NCBI GenBank assembly: GCA_013334765.1
Contig: JAAXWW010000001.1
Coordinates: 108,589-172,588, forward strand
DNA from: Candidatus Moraniibacteriota bacterium
Lineage (GTDB): Bacteria > Patescibacteriota > Minisyncoccia > Moranbacterales > UBA2206
Length of the DNA stretch: 64,000 nucleotides
Direction: 5' to 3'
The notes under the pieces were generated by a model that saw only the letters and a list, made by a program, of their open reading frames with translations, was not told where the DNA came from and ran no database searches. The position numbers and the translations under genes are program-made. Shown in pieces: positions 18,545 to 28,185 of the stretch; positions within the stretch are counted from its first letter, which is position 1, and the number at the start of each line of letters is the position of its first letter.

Positions 18545-18575
18545 AAAAAACTCTCATTCTAGTGAGAGTTTTTTT
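18545..18575. terminator. Bidirectional intrinsic terminator
   Basis: aaaaaactctca-ttctag-tgagagttttttt between convergent genes. Confidence 0.75.
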
Positions 18576-18578
18576 ATG

Positions 18579-18652
18579 TGGGCTTATCTGGATTCGAACC
18601 AGAGACCTCGTCATTATCAGTGACGCGCTCTAACCAACTGAGCTATAAGCCC
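18579..18652 (-). tRNA. tRNA-Ile(GAT)
   Basis: GGGCTTATAGCTCAGTTGGTTAGAGCG-CGTCA-CTGATAA-TGACG-AGGTCTCTGGTTCGAATCCAGATAAGCCCA; CCA not encoded. Confidence 0.97.
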
Positions 18653-18658
18653 TTCCTG

Positions 18659-18731
18659 TGGACCCTATCGGGCTCGAACCGATCACCCCCTGCTTGCAAA
18701 GCAGGTGCTCTACCAAATGAGCTAAGGGCCC
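18659..18731 (-). tRNA. tRNA-Ala(TGC)
   Basis: GGGCCCTTAGCTCATTTGGTAGAGCA-CCTGC-TTTGCAA-GCAGG-...GGTTCGAGCC...; G3:U70 identity pair present. Confidence 0.97.
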
Positions 18732-18876
18732 GTTTTCCGTTAATTCCTGAGAAAACAGCACTAAGGACTATTATACATAAAATTTTCAGCTTGTCTACTT
18801 TTATTGACAAAATCGTGGAAATGATATAGTATTAGGTAAATAGAAAAAAGCCCTGAGGGGCTTTTAAAAAAGGGGA

Positions 18877-19004
18877 ATTCTCTACGAATTACGAATTTTT
18901 ACGAATATACGAATCTTTTCTAAATCAGATTCATCCAGGTGGAAAGGCAAGGATTGCCAAGGAAGTATTCGTAATTTCGTAAAAATTCGTAATTCGTAGA
19001 GAAT
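18877..19004. mobile_element. Gene-less (MITE-like) copy of the GxxExxY-associated inverted repeat
   Basis: 38-bp arms (18877-18914, 18967-19004), 36/38 complementary, near-identical to the arms at 13804/14232; 52-nt spacer. Confidence 0.75.
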
Positions 19005-19028
19005 ACAGACAATTTTAAAATCAAAAAC

Positions 19029-19214
19029 ATGAATAAGATTGCCCAATTTTTCAAAGAAGCCAAGGTTGAGCTCATGAAGGTCAATTGGCCGACCAAGAAA
19101 GAGACGATAAATTACACGATGGTCGTTATCGGCATAAGCCTCGGAACGGCGATCTTTCTCGGAGGGTTGGATTATTTTTTCGAATTCATCTTGAAAACAT
19201 TTATTATAAAATAA
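19029..19214 (+). CDS. secE: Preprotein translocase subunit SecE
   Basis: FFKEAKVELMKVNWP plus TM; precedes nusG. Confidence 0.95.
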   Translation: MNKIAQFFKEAKVELMKVNWPTKKETINYTMVVIGISLGTAIFLGGLDYFFEFILKTFIIK

Positions 19215-19225
19215 CCTTATAAACT

Positions 19226-19771
19226 ATGGCCAAGCAATCGCAGCACCACGGAAGAGCATGGTATGTCATCCACACCTATTCCGGTTACGAGGATAACGTA
19301 GCGAGGAATCTCAAGCAGAGGATCGAATCCATGGACATGCAGGAATATATTTTCGATGTCATGGTTCCGATGGAGAAGAAGATCAAGATCAAAGCCGGAA
19401 AAAGAACGGTTGTTGAAGAGAAGATCTATCCGGGATATGTCCTTGTGGAAATGGTCGTTACGGATGCTTCATGGTATGTCGTAAGGAATACTCCGAACGT
19501 GACCGGATTCATCGGGCTTGGAACCACTCCGACTCCGGTCGATCCGAAAGAGATCGAGATGCTCAAGAAGAGGATGGGAGTGGCTGAGCCGAAATACAAG
19601 ATCGACGTCAAGGAAGGCGATGTGGTCAAGATCACTGACGGTCCGTTCAAGGATTTCGATGGCAAAGTCAGCGAGGTGGATGAAGAGAAAGGGAGAATCA
19701 AGGTGTTCGTTTCCATTTTCGGTCGCGAAACTCCCGTGGAATTAGACTTTTTACAGATTAATAAGATATAA
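19226..19771 (+). CDS. nusG: Transcription factor NusG
   Basis: WYVIHTYSGYE, PGYVLVEM, KOW GPFKDF, IFGRETPVEL. Confidence 0.97.
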   Translation: MAKQSQHHGRAWYVIHTYSGYEDNVARNLKQRIESMDMQEYIFDVMVPMEKKIKIKAGKRTVVEEKIYPGYVLVEMVVTDASWYVVRNTPNVTGFIGLGTTPTPVDPKEIEMLKKRMGVAEPKYKIDVKEGDVVKITDGPFKDFDGKVSEVDEEKGRIKVFVSIFGRETPVELDFLQINKI

Positions 19772-19834
19772 ATCAGATCAGGCTAAGTGTCTAAATTCAT
19801 TTTAGAGCTTCTCACTTCGCCCATAAAAAAAACA

Positions 19835-20260
19835 ATGGCAAAGAAAATCAAGGCAATCGTCAAACTACAGATTCAGGCGGGCAAAGCTAATCCTGCGCCT
19901 CCGGTCGGACCGGCTTTGGGACAGCATGGTCTCAATATTCAGGAGTTCTGCGTCAAATTCAATGAGGCGACCAAGGACAAAGGAACCGATATCATCCCGG
20001 CTGAAATAACCGTTTATGAAGACAGGACTTTCGAGTTCATCTTGAAGACTCCTCCTGCTTCTGACTTGCTCAGGAAAGCGGCAGGAGTGGCGAAAGGAGC
20101 TGGAAATCCTCTCAAGGACAAAGTCGGATCGATCAGTAAAGACAAGCTTCGCGAACTGGCTGAAAAGAAACTGCCTGACCTCAATGCGAACGATGTCGAT
20201 GGAGCGATGAAGATCATCGCCGGAACCGCAAGATCGATGGGGATAAAAATCGAGGGCTAG
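19835..20260 (+). CDS. rplK: 50S ribosomal protein L11
   Basis: [27 protein letters not shown]; start moved to ATG 19835. Confidence 0.97.
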   Translation: MAKKIKAIVKLQIQAGKANPAPPVGPALGQHGLNIQEFCVKFNEATKDKGTDIIPAEITVYEDRTFEFILKTPPASDLLRKAAGVAKGAGNPLKDKVGSISKDKLRELAEKKLPDLNANDVDGAMKIIAGTARSMGIKIEG

Positions 20261-20281
20261 TTTTTATTCAGGCATATTTTT

Positions 20282-20424
20282 TGTCATCTCGAGCGTAATG
20301 AGTTCCGCTTGGTGGAACGAATGGAGTCGAGAGATCTGCCCACGAAATTGTTTCTGTGAATATTTCTGCCAGATTTCTCGACTTCGCTGCCTGCCTGCTG
20401 GCAGGCGCTTCGCTCGAAATGACA
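20282..20424. repeat. Composite palindromic repeat, copy 1 (GTCAT..CGAGCG...CGCTCG..ATGAC)
   Basis: Terminal arms tgtcatctcgagcg/cgctcgaaatgaca; inner agtcgagagatctg/cagatttctcgact. Confidence 0.8.
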
Positions 20425-20443
20425 TATTATTAATACCTTAATC

Positions 20444-20474
20444 GTGGGAGGCTGCATATCAGCCGTCTGACCAC
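20444..20474 (+). promoter_or_regulatory. Putative L1 autoregulatory binding site
   Basis: GTGGGAGG-hairpin-ACCAC immediately upstream of rplA. Confidence 0.6.
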
Positions 20475-20482
20475 AAAATATC

Positions 20483-21172
20483 ATGAAGCACGGAAAAAAA
20501 TACCGCGCGGTCGCAGAGAAGGTGGACAGGAATACTGTCTATGCTCTCGAGGAAGCGCTGAAGATCATCAAGGAGAACAAGACTGCCAAGTTCGATGAAA
20601 CTGTCGAGATTCACATCAAGACCAATATCGACCCGAAAAAGGGAGATCAGCAGATCCGTTCGACCGTATCCCTTCCGCATGGAGCTGGAAAGACAAAGAA
20701 AATCGCTGTCATTACGACGACTCATGCTGCTGACGCGAAAGCGGCTGGCGCTGAAATCGTGGGGGGCGAAGAAATGATTGACGAGATCAAGAGCGGCAAG
20801 ATTTTTGCCAAGGCCGGAGGATTCGATGTCCTGGTGGCGACTCCTGAAATGATGCCGAAACTCGCTCCGGTTGCCAAAATCCTGGGACCCAAGGGGTTGA
20901 TGCCGAACCCGAAAACTGAAACTGTGACTGTGAAAATCAAGGAAACAGTGGAGGCTCTCAAAAAAGGGAAAGCGGCATACAAGAACGACAATTCTGCCAA
21001 TATCCACCAAGCGGTCGGAAAAGTTTCTTTCGATGATGCGAAACTTTTGGAGAATATCAAGGCTTTCATGGATAGTCTTGAAAAGGCCAGACCGGTCGGA
21101 TTCAAAGGAAGGCTCATCAAGAGCATCTTCATCTGCTCTACGATGGGGATAGGAATCAAAGTCAATATCTAG
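20483..21172 (+). CDS. rplA: 50S ribosomal protein L1
   Basis: KFDETVEIH, LPHGAGK, LGPKGLMPNPK, STMG. Confidence 0.97.
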   Translation: MKHGKKYRAVAEKVDRNTVYALEEALKIIKENKTAKFDETVEIHIKTNIDPKKGDQQIRSTVSLPHGAGKTKKIAVITTTHAADAKAAGAEIVGGEEMIDEIKSGKIFAKAGGFDVLVATPEMMPKLAPVAKILGPKGLMPNPKTETVTVKIKETVEALKKGKAAYKNDNSANIHQAVGKVSFDDAKLLENIKAFMDSLEKARPVGFKGRLIKSIFICSTMGIGIKVNI

Positions 21173-21282
21173 GGTTTCAATAGCATGAAACAGCCCTTTT
21201 CAGAGGGGCTGTTTTTTGTTTTCGTGCTTGACGCGGCGTACTCTTTTTGATACACTCACAAAGTGTTTTAATATTCAAAAAT

Positions 21283-21849
21283 ATGCCAAATAGAAAAATC
21301 GTTTTCGGATTGATCGGGGAAAAAGGAGCTGGGAAAGGGACTGTTTCGGATTATATGATCGAGAAATATGGGGCGGTGCATTATGGGACTTCCAAGATTC
21401 TCCGCCGCACGCTGGAGGATATCCACTTACCGGTTACAAGGGATAATCTGGTGAAACTGGCGCTGGTTCTAAAAGAAGGATACGGTCCTACGATAATCAT
21501 CGATTCGCTGATCCATGACATGGAAAAGAACGGGTCAGATATCCTGATTGCCGATGGGATCAGGATGCACGGCGATGTGGATCCTTTCAGGAAGAAATAC
21601 GGAGAAAACTTCTATTTGGTATATGTGACGGCTGATCTCAAACTCCGCTATGAGAGGACGAAGGCCAGGAAGGAAAAGGCCGGCGAAGGCGACGCGACAC
21701 TCGAGCAGTTCCTCGAAGAAGAGGGAAAGCTGACCGAAGTGTCCATTCATGAAATCGGCCGCCAAGCGGATTTCAAGCTCAACAACAACGGCACCCAGGA
21801 CGAACTGGAGGCGCAGGTGGAAGAGATGCTTGGAAAAATCAGGAAATAG
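21283..21849 (+). CDS. P-loop nucleotide kinase (UPF0200 / dephospho-CoA kinase-like)
   Basis: GEKGAGKGT Walker A, DGIR, RYER, ADFKLNNNG. Confidence 0.75.
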   Translation: MPNRKIVFGLIGEKGAGKGTVSDYMIEKYGAVHYGTSKILRRTLEDIHLPVTRDNLVKLALVLKEGYGPTIIIDSLIHDMEKNGSDILIADGIRMHGDVDPFRKKYGENFYLVYVTADLKLRYERTKARKEKAGEGDATLEQFLEEEGKLTEVSIHEIGRQADFKLNNNGTQDELEAQVEEMLGKIRK

Positions 21850-21956
21850 CTTCGAAAACCCTCCCGCTTAGCGGGAGGGTTTTTAAATCCTTGACTTTCT
21901 GCAGGATAGCAGATAGGATTGTCTCAGCGAAAAAATATAGCCGAGGAGGCATCACG

Positions 21957-22295
21957 ATGGATGACGGTATTGATCGGTATTTCAGTGTAATCGTTGTCGG
22001 AAGCAATTTGGCTAAACTCGATAATGAGGAAATCCTGGGAGTGATCCAAGCAGCCAAGAAGCTTACCGAGGTCGATCAATGGGTGAAAGATGAACGTTTC
22101 CTGCTCGATACTGGAGCAGGAAAGGCACTGGCTTTGAAACGGATCGAAGCTGGTGACAGAAAGCTCCTTCTTGAAATGGTGGCTTATAACTTGGGTGGGA
22201 CTCTTTACAGGATTCCGCCCAGTGAGCGAGACGCTTTTATTGATGAAGTTCTTGAACAAGCCAATAATCCTCTATTTTATTCTTTCTTCTTATGA
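21957..22295 (+). CDS. Hypothetical protein (orphan cassette)
   Basis: Promoter TTGACT-17-TAGGAT (21891), SD GAGGAGG, terminator 22330-22366. Confidence 0.6.
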   Translation: MDDGIDRYFSVIVVGSNLAKLDNEEILGVIQAAKKLTEVDQWVKDERFLLDTGAGKALALKRIEAGDRKLLLEMVAYNLGGTLYRIPPSERDAFIDEVLEQANNPLFYSFFL

Positions 22296-22431
22296 GCCAT
22301 CCATCTGCCAGAGCAGAGTGCGGGCTTAGCCTGGGGAGCATCATTGCTCCCCAGGCCTTTTTTTTTGACTCCCAGGGTGAAAAATAGTAGGATTAAGGAA
22401 CTGAATAGGAAAAACGGGGGATGGTTAATAT

Positions 22432-22980
22432 ATGAAAATCATCGCGGTTATCGGTCTTCCTGGTTCTGGAAAATCAGAATTAATCTCTTATCTTATCGAA
22501 AAATATCATTGGCCGAAAGTATATTTCGGGGACGTTACTTTCGATGAAATGAAACGTCGCGAACTTCCGATCAATGAGAAAAATGAGAGGATGGTTCGGG
22601 AAGAGCTGCGGGAAAAGTACGGCAAATTGCATTATGCGGATAAGGTCATTGAAAAGATAGAATCATTGAGGGGTTCTGAATATGTGATAGTCGAAAGCCT
22701 GTATATGTGGGAGGAATATTTGAGATTCAAAGAAGAATTCGGCGATGACTTCGTAACGATAGCGGTTTATGCCTCTCCGAAAACAAGGTATAATCGCCTC
22801 ATGAATCGTGAATATCGTCCACTGACAGAAGAGGAATCAAAGAGCCGTGATTATGCGCAGATAGGAAACCTGAGCCAGGGCGGGCCGATTGCTATGGCAG
22901 ATTATCTGGTGGTGAATGAGGGGACGAAGGAAGAGCTTGTTGAAAAAACTGATAAAGTAATAAAAAATATAAATAAATGA
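22432..22980 (+). CDS. P-loop nucleotide kinase (UPF0200 / archaeal-type dephospho-CoA kinase-like)
   Basis: GLPGSGKS, REELREKYG, ASPKTRYNRL, GGPIAMADY. Confidence 0.8.
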   Translation: MKIIAVIGLPGSGKSELISYLIEKYHWPKVYFGDVTFDEMKRRELPINEKNERMVREELREKYGKLHYADKVIEKIESLRGSEYVIVESLYMWEEYLRFKEEFGDDFVTIAVYASPKTRYNRLMNREYRPLTEEESKSRDYAQIGNLSQGGPIAMADYLVVNEGTKEELVEKTDKVIKNINK

Positions 22981-22986
22981 AATCAT

Positions 22987-23556
22987 ATGGCAGTCAAGAA
23001 AAAAATGAAATCGACGCGGTTGGGCTGGGATGAGACTTTTATGAATATGGCGATAGTTTTGACGAGAAGGGTTTCTTGCCAGGTTGTGAAGACAGCCGCT
23101 GTCTATGTGGATGCGGATCACCGGGTTGTTTCTTTGGGATATAACGGACCAGTCAAAGGCGGATATAATTGCGATGAAGTCGGATGTGCCAAAATAGACG
23201 GTAATCCTAAAACTGGGAAATTGGAAAGGTGCCGGGGGGCTCATGCGGAAATGAATGGCATAATCAATGCGGTTGATCCGAGAGCTCTGAAGGGAGCAAC
23301 GCTTTATAGCGTGAAATTCCCTTGTTTTGATTGCATGAAAGCCTTGGCCAACGCTGGCATAAAGGAAATAGTCTATTATGAGAAATATCTGAGGACGCAG
23401 ACCGGTGGCGAAAAATTCGAAGAGGAGACAGAGGCGGAAGATTTGGCGAAGATGAAAAAGATAAAAATAAGGAAATTCGAAGGAAATGTGCTCTCTGATC
23501 CAGCCGAAAGCCGTGATTCCAAGGAACATAAGAAGGGCGGTAAGAAGTGCTGCTGA
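22987..23556 (+). CDS. dCMP deaminase (ComEB family)
   Basis: WDETFM, GYNG, HAEMNGI, PCFDC. Confidence 0.9.
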   Translation: MAVKKKMKSTRLGWDETFMNMAIVLTRRVSCQVVKTAAVYVDADHRVVSLGYNGPVKGGYNCDEVGCAKIDGNPKTGKLERCRGAHAEMNGIINAVDPRALKGATLYSVKFPCFDCMKALANAGIKEIVYYEKYLRTQTGGEKFEEETEAEDLAKMKKIKIRKFEGNVLSDPAESRDSKEHKKGGKKCC

Positions 23557-23600
23557 CTGTAAAAGGCAATATATTAATTAGTAAACTTAAAAATATTCAT

Positions 23601-24656
23601 ATGGATAAAAAACATCCCGAGTATCAATATCTTGATTTATTAAAAGATATTCTTGATAACGGCTCCGATAAACAGCTATTCTTCACTCCGGAAATTTTAA
23701 AACAGTATGAAGAAAAAGGAGAACAGCCGCCTTTCATTCGCTCTGTTTTCGGTAGAATGATCCGGTTTGATCTGAATGAAGGATTTCCTCTGCTTACTAC
23801 TAAGAAAGTTTTTCATCGCGGTATTTTTACAGAGCTCATATGGTTTTTAAGGGGAGATTCGAATATAAAATATCTTGCTGATAATGACGTTCATATCTGG
23901 GATGAATGGGCCTGGAAGCGCTATCATAAAGCAGCATTGGCAGGTCAGCATGATGACATGACTCAACAGGATTTCATTGCCAAAATAAAAGCGGAAGATA
24001 AAGACAGCGAATTCGTGAAGACCTGGGGGGACCTCATCACAATCTATGGGCGCATGTGGAGGAGATGGCCGGCAAGTGATGGGCGAGAAATCGATCAGTT
24101 AGCTTGGGTTATCGATGGACTTAAAAACGATCCTTATCGCAAGTCTTATGTGGTTTCTTCCTGGAACCCAGACTTCATATATGCCATGGCTTCTGCTGGG
24201 AACAAGAATGAGGTTCCTCCATTCTGCCATACGACCTATCAATTCGGAGTTGTTAATGGAAAGTTGAACCTGGCTCTTTTTCAAAGAAGCGCTGATTCTT
24301 TTCTGGGAGTTCCGTTCAATATTGCAAGCTATGCCTTGCTTTTGCAGATGGTAGCTCAGGTCACCAATCTTCCAGTCGGAGAATTCGTGCATTTCTTTGG
24401 CGATGTCCATGTCTATTCCAATCATATGGATCAGGTCAAGGAGCAGATTTCGAGAATTCCAAAGGCTTTCCCAATTTTGAAGCTCAACTCGGAAATAACT
24501 GATATAGACGGATTTTCAATGAAGGACATCGTTCTGGAAAATTATGACCCGCACCCGATTCTTAAGGCTGAGATTGCTAATATTGGAGGCTTTAAAGAAA
24601 CGACCAAGAATTATGCCAGCAAGTCGGCTTGCGCTAAGGAACAAGATAAGAAATAA
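23601..24656 (+). CDS. thyA: Thymidylate synthase
   Basis: FPLLTTKKV, ELIWFLRG, PFCH, QRSADSFLGVPFNIASY, DVHVYSNH. Confidence 0.96.
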   Translation: MDKKHPEYQYLDLLKDILDNGSDKQLFFTPEILKQYEEKGEQPPFIRSVFGRMIRFDLNEGFPLLTTKKVFHRGIFTELIWFLRGDSNIKYLADNDVHIWDEWAWKRYHKAALAGQHDDMTQQDFIAKIKAEDKDSEFVKTWGDLITIYGRMWRRWPASDGREIDQLAWVIDGLKNDPYRKSYVVSSWNPDFIYAMASAGNKNEVPPFCHTTYQFGVVNGKLNLALFQRSADSFLGVPFNIASYALLLQMVAQVTNLPVGEFVHFFGDVHVYSNHMDQVKEQISRIPKAFPILKLNSEITDIDGFSMKDIVLENYDPHPILKAEIANIGGFKETTKNYASKSACAKEQDKK

Positions 24657-24658
24657 TT

Positions 24659-25132
24659 ATGATTTCAATGATATGCGCGGTCGGGAGCAATAGGGCGATC
24701 GGTTGCAAAAATAAGCTTATCTGGGATATTCCCAATGATCTTCAACATTTCAAGAAGATTACTCTTGGTCATACAGTCATTATGGGAGACAGGACTTTTG
24801 AGTCGATCGGACGACCGCTTCTGGGAAGGAAAAATATCGTGGTAAGTCTCGATGAGAACTACGAAGCGCCCGGATGCGAAGTTTCTCATTCACTGGAAAA
24901 TCTTCTGGATGAAGCGAAAAAATCGGATGAGGAAATTTTCATTATCGGCGGAGCGACGATCTATCGCTTGACGCTGCCATATGCGGACAAGCTATATCTT
25001 ACTCTTGTCGATGATGCTCCGATTGATGCTGATGTGTTTTTTCCCGATTTTTCCGAATTCAAGAATGAAATTTCTCGCGAAGAACACGAAGAAAACGGAT
25101 TCAAATATGCGTTTGTGGAACTAATAAAATAA
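24659..25132 (+). CDS. folA: Dihydrofolate reductase
   Basis: AIGCKNKLIW..DLQHFK, IMGDRTFESIGRPL, IIGGATIY. Confidence 0.95.
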   Translation: MISMICAVGSNRAIGCKNKLIWDIPNDLQHFKKITLGHTVIMGDRTFESIGRPLLGRKNIVVSLDENYEAPGCEVSHSLENLLDEAKKSDEEIFIIGGATIYRLTLPYADKLYLTLVDDAPIDADVFFPDFSEFKNEISREEHEENGFKYAFVELIK

Positions 25133-25143
25133 GATTATGCAAT

Positions 25144-25692
25144 ATGATTCTAGGTATTCAGGAACTTCACAAATTGGTCAAGGAGAATAAATTAGTTGAA
25201 GATTTGTGTGATAGGGAAATCAATAATCCGGAAGGCGCGGGTTTTGATTTGAGATTAGGCGAGGTCTTTGAGCTCGAGGGCGACGGATTTTTGGGTGTTG
25301 AAGAAAGACAGACCCCGAACTCTAAATCCGTTGCGAAATATGATTCAAAAAAAATAGACGACGAAAACTTTTTCGTTTTCGAACCCGGAAAATATTATCT
25401 AATAAAGACGATAGAGAAGGTTAATCTGCCAGTGACGCTTTCAGGAGTAATTTTTCCCAGAACCACCATGTTCCGTTCGGGTCTCGGACTTTTCAACGGA
25501 GTTGTCCAACCTGGATATTGCGGAGAGCTGACTTTCGGCATTTGCAATCTAGGGGAAAGCAACATCAAGGTTTCTTTTGGCGCAAGAGTCGTTCACATCA
25601 CCTTTCATGAAGTTCTTGGAGAAGGCAATCAATACCGCGGGCAATGGCAAGGAGGTCGTGTCAGCACTGGCGGAAAAGAAGTGCAAGTGTAG
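25144..25692 (+). CDS. Trimeric dUTPase / dCTP deaminase superfamily protein
   Basis: FDLRLG, TIEKVNLP, PRTTMFRSGL, PGYCG, YRGQWQG. Confidence 0.8.
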   Translation: MILGIQELHKLVKENKLVEDLCDREINNPEGAGFDLRLGEVFELEGDGFLGVEERQTPNSKSVAKYDSKKIDDENFFVFEPGKYYLIKTIEKVNLPVTLSGVIFPRTTMFRSGLGLFNGVVQPGYCGELTFGICNLGESNIKVSFGARVVHITFHEVLGEGNQYRGQWQGGRVSTGGKEVQV

Positions 25693-25773
25693 GTTTTCTT
25701 CGAAATGAATAAAAAACAGGGAGGTCTCTTTTGGGACCTCCCTTTATTTTTTGCCCAACCTCCCTGGATTAGG

Positions 25774-26391
25774 TCAGGATGCCGACAGGAATTCGAGCAA
25801 GTGGCTGAAAATCAACCGGGACCAGTTTTCAAAGGGCTCCTTCTGAATGATGATGCCGACATCGCCGGCGTCCAGGAACATGCCCCAGAGTGCTTCGCCG
25901 CTTCTGGACCTGATAACCTTGCATCCTGTGTGAAGGATGAAGACGATGCCCAAATGAACCTGGCCCACGGAATCGCTGTCGTCGTTGATGATTCCGAAAA
26001 GCTCGAGTTTCTCTTTCTGGATCATGAGGTCGCGGTCAACGCCTTTGACCTCTTCTTGGAGTTCCCTTCTAATGTTGTCAGGGATGCTCTCATCGTTTTC
26101 GATGTGCCCTCCGACGCCCAGTGATACCTTCCCGCGGAGCCGCTTTTCTTCGTAGTCCTTTTCTTTAATCGAGCGCTGGTAGGTGTATACCCGCTTGTCA
26201 GGGTTGAGTATGACCGTGTAAGGGATGAGCTGCTTGAAATCGGTGTTTTTTTCAGCCTGTTCCTTTTCAATCATGTGTGCTTCCCTAGCCAGCCTGTCGA
26301 TGATGGCTGGATCGGAGAGCGGGACGAAGCCCTGAAGATTCCCGATGATGGCGGGAAGCTTGTCCGTTCTAACAACAAGAACCTGACGCAT
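25774..26391 (-). CDS. NUDIX-family phosphoesterase (YmaB-like)
   Basis: FKQLIPY, EKRL, SLGVGGHIE, RELQEEV, INDDSDSVGQVHLG; start at 26391 behind SD AGGAGG. Confidence 0.85.
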   Translation of the reverse strand: MRQVLVVRTDKLPAIIGNLQGFVPLSDPAIIDRLAREAHMIEKEQAEKNTDFKQLIPYTVILNPDKRVYTYQRSIKEKDYEEKRLRGKVSLGVGGHIENDESIPDNIRRELQEEVKGVDRDLMIQKEKLELFGIINDDSDSVGQVHLGIVFILHTGCKVIRSRSGEALWGMFLDAGDVGIIIQKEPFENWSRLIFSHLLEFLSAS

Positions 26392-26538
26392 AATCTCCCT
26401 CCTGGGGTTTGTATTGCCTATTGTTGTCAAAGAAAGTACTATATTTCTAGCGCATTTGGAAATTTTTGGCAAGCGGGAGCTCATTTGCCATCGGGCGGTT
26501 TTTTGGTTAAGATGAAACAAGTGATAAAAACAATTATT

Positions 26539-28008
26539 ATGGCAAAATACACTCCTGTGATCGGCATGGAAATACATGTCGAGCTGAAAACTGAATCGAA
26601 GATGTTTTGTGATTCGAAAAACGGAATGGGACTTGAGAAAGAACCCAATGTGAATATCTGTCCGGTCTGCACGGGTCAGCCTGGGACTCTGCCGGTGCCT
26701 AATCGCCAAGCAATCGAGTTTGTCCAGCTGGCTGGGCTCGCGCTCAACTGCAATTTGGCTCTCACGAGCAAATTCGACCGCAAGAACTACTTCTACCCCG
26801 ATCTGCCCAAGGGATACCAGATTTCGCAATACGACCAGCCATTCTGCGAAAATGGGCATTTGGAGGTGCTAGGGAGGAACATCGGAATCACCCGTATTCA
26901 TCTCGAGGAGGACACAGGAAAGCTGGTTCATCCCAAAGGGGTCGATTATACCCTGGTGGACTTCAATCGCGCTGGGGTGCCCCTTATGGAGCTTGTGACG
27001 GAACCGGACATCGAAACCGGAGAGGAAGCCCGCGTGTTCTGCCAGAAGCTGCAGCAGATCTGCCGCTATATCGGGATATCGGATGCTGACATGGAACGTG
27101 GCAATATGCGCTGCGAAGTCAATCTGTCGCTATACAAAGAGGGCGAGGAAAAGCTGTCCGGAACCAAAGTGGAGGTGAAGAATATCAACTCTTTCAAATT
27201 CGTCGAGAAGGCGATCGCCTATGAGATCGAAAGGCAGACCGAAGTTTTGGAAAGAGGGGAAAAGGTCGTTCAGGAGACAAGAGGATGGGACAGCAACAAG
27301 AACGCGACTGTTTCCCAGCGCGCCAAGGAATCGGCGCATGACTATCGGTATTTCCCGGAACCTGACATCCCGCCTTTCAGGTTCGATGCTGCCTATGTGG
27401 ATAGCATCAGGAAGAAGCTGCCCGAGCTTCCCGACCAGAAGGCCAGCCGCTTCGAAAAAGAATATTCGCTTTCCAAGGACGATGTGGCAGTGCTCACTTC
27501 CGAGCGGGAATTGGCAAGCTATTTCGAGGACGTCATGAGCGAACTGGGCGACAAGATCCAAAGCGGAGAATTTTCCTGCCCGATCGACAAAGCCTCGAAG
27601 CTGGCTGCCAACTATGCTATCACGGAACTCAGGAAACATATGATCGTCAATGGGCACGACATCAGGGATGTGAAGATCACTCCGGAAAATTACGCCGAAC
27701 TCATCTGCTTCGTGGCAGAGGGAAAGATCAATTCTTCCGCGGCGCAGGCAGTCCTTCTCGAGATGTATCAGGCCGGAGGCGACCCGTCACAGATCATTTC
27801 AGAAAAAGGGCTGCTTCAGGTGAGCGATGAGGGAGAATTGGAAAAGATCGTCGATGACGTCCTTTCGAAGAATGAGAAATCGGTTGCTGATTTCAAAGCC
27901 GGGAAAGAGAATGCTCTCAAATTCATGATGGGACAAGTGATGGCAGCAACGAAGGGGTCGGCCAATCCGCAGATAGTCATGGAAATCATCAGGAGAAAGC
28001 TGACTTGA
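26539..28008 (+). CDS. gatB: Asp/Glu-tRNA amidotransferase subunit B
   Basis: IGMEIHVEL, FDRKNYFYPDLPKGYQISQ, HLEEDTGK, YRYFPEPD. Confidence 0.97.
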   Translation: MAKYTPVIGMEIHVELKTESKMFCDSKNGMGLEKEPNVNICPVCTGQPGTLPVPNRQAIEFVQLAGLALNCNLALTSKFDRKNYFYPDLPKGYQISQYDQPFCENGHLEVLGRNIGITRIHLEEDTGKLVHPKGVDYTLVDFNRAGVPLMELVTEPDIETGEEARVFCQKLQQICRYIGISDADMERGNMRCEVNLSLYKEGEEKLSGTKVEVKNINSFKFVEKAIAYEIERQTEVLERGEKVVQETRGWDSNKNATVSQRAKESAHDYRYFPEPDIPPFRFDAAYVDSIRKKLPELPDQKASRFEKEYSLSKDDVAVLTSERELASYFEDVMSELGDKIQSGEFSCPIDKASKLAANYAITELRKHMIVNGHDIRDVKITPENYAELICFVAEGKINSSAAQAVLLEMYQAGGDPSQIISEKGLLQVSDEGELEKIVDDVLSKNEKSVADFKAGKENALKFMMGQVMAATKGSANPQIVMEIIRRKLT

Positions 28009-28185
28009 TAGCGGACATTGCCAAATTTTTCCGTTGTGATATGCTGATTGTAATATGGAGAAAGATTCAAGGAAAAACTCAGAAGTGGGAGTGATGGCAA
28101 AGAATCGCGTTTTCGTTTTTAGGAATCATACCCGCCAATGAGGCGGGTTTTTTGTTCCTTTGAGAAAAAAAGGGGGGAAGGAGTC

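Noticed and set aside
18578-18829. 83-aa ORF on the + strand
   Set aside because: It is the antisense reading of the two tRNA genes.
18877-19004. TACGAA tandem units as a CRISPR array or iterons
   Set aside because: Units are 7-9 nt with no unique spacers, are arranged as inverted arms, and there are no cas or rep genes.
25705-26859. Apparent overlap of the 361-aa NUDIX ORF with the 577-aa gatB ORF, and ORF 25705-26124
   Set aside because: The real starts are 26391(-) and 26539(+), which removes the overlap; the + ORF is a shadow.
28055-28155. Riboswitch ahead of the terminator at ~28130-28153
   Set aside because: No recognisable aptamer consensus; only a promoter-like site and a terminator can be supported.
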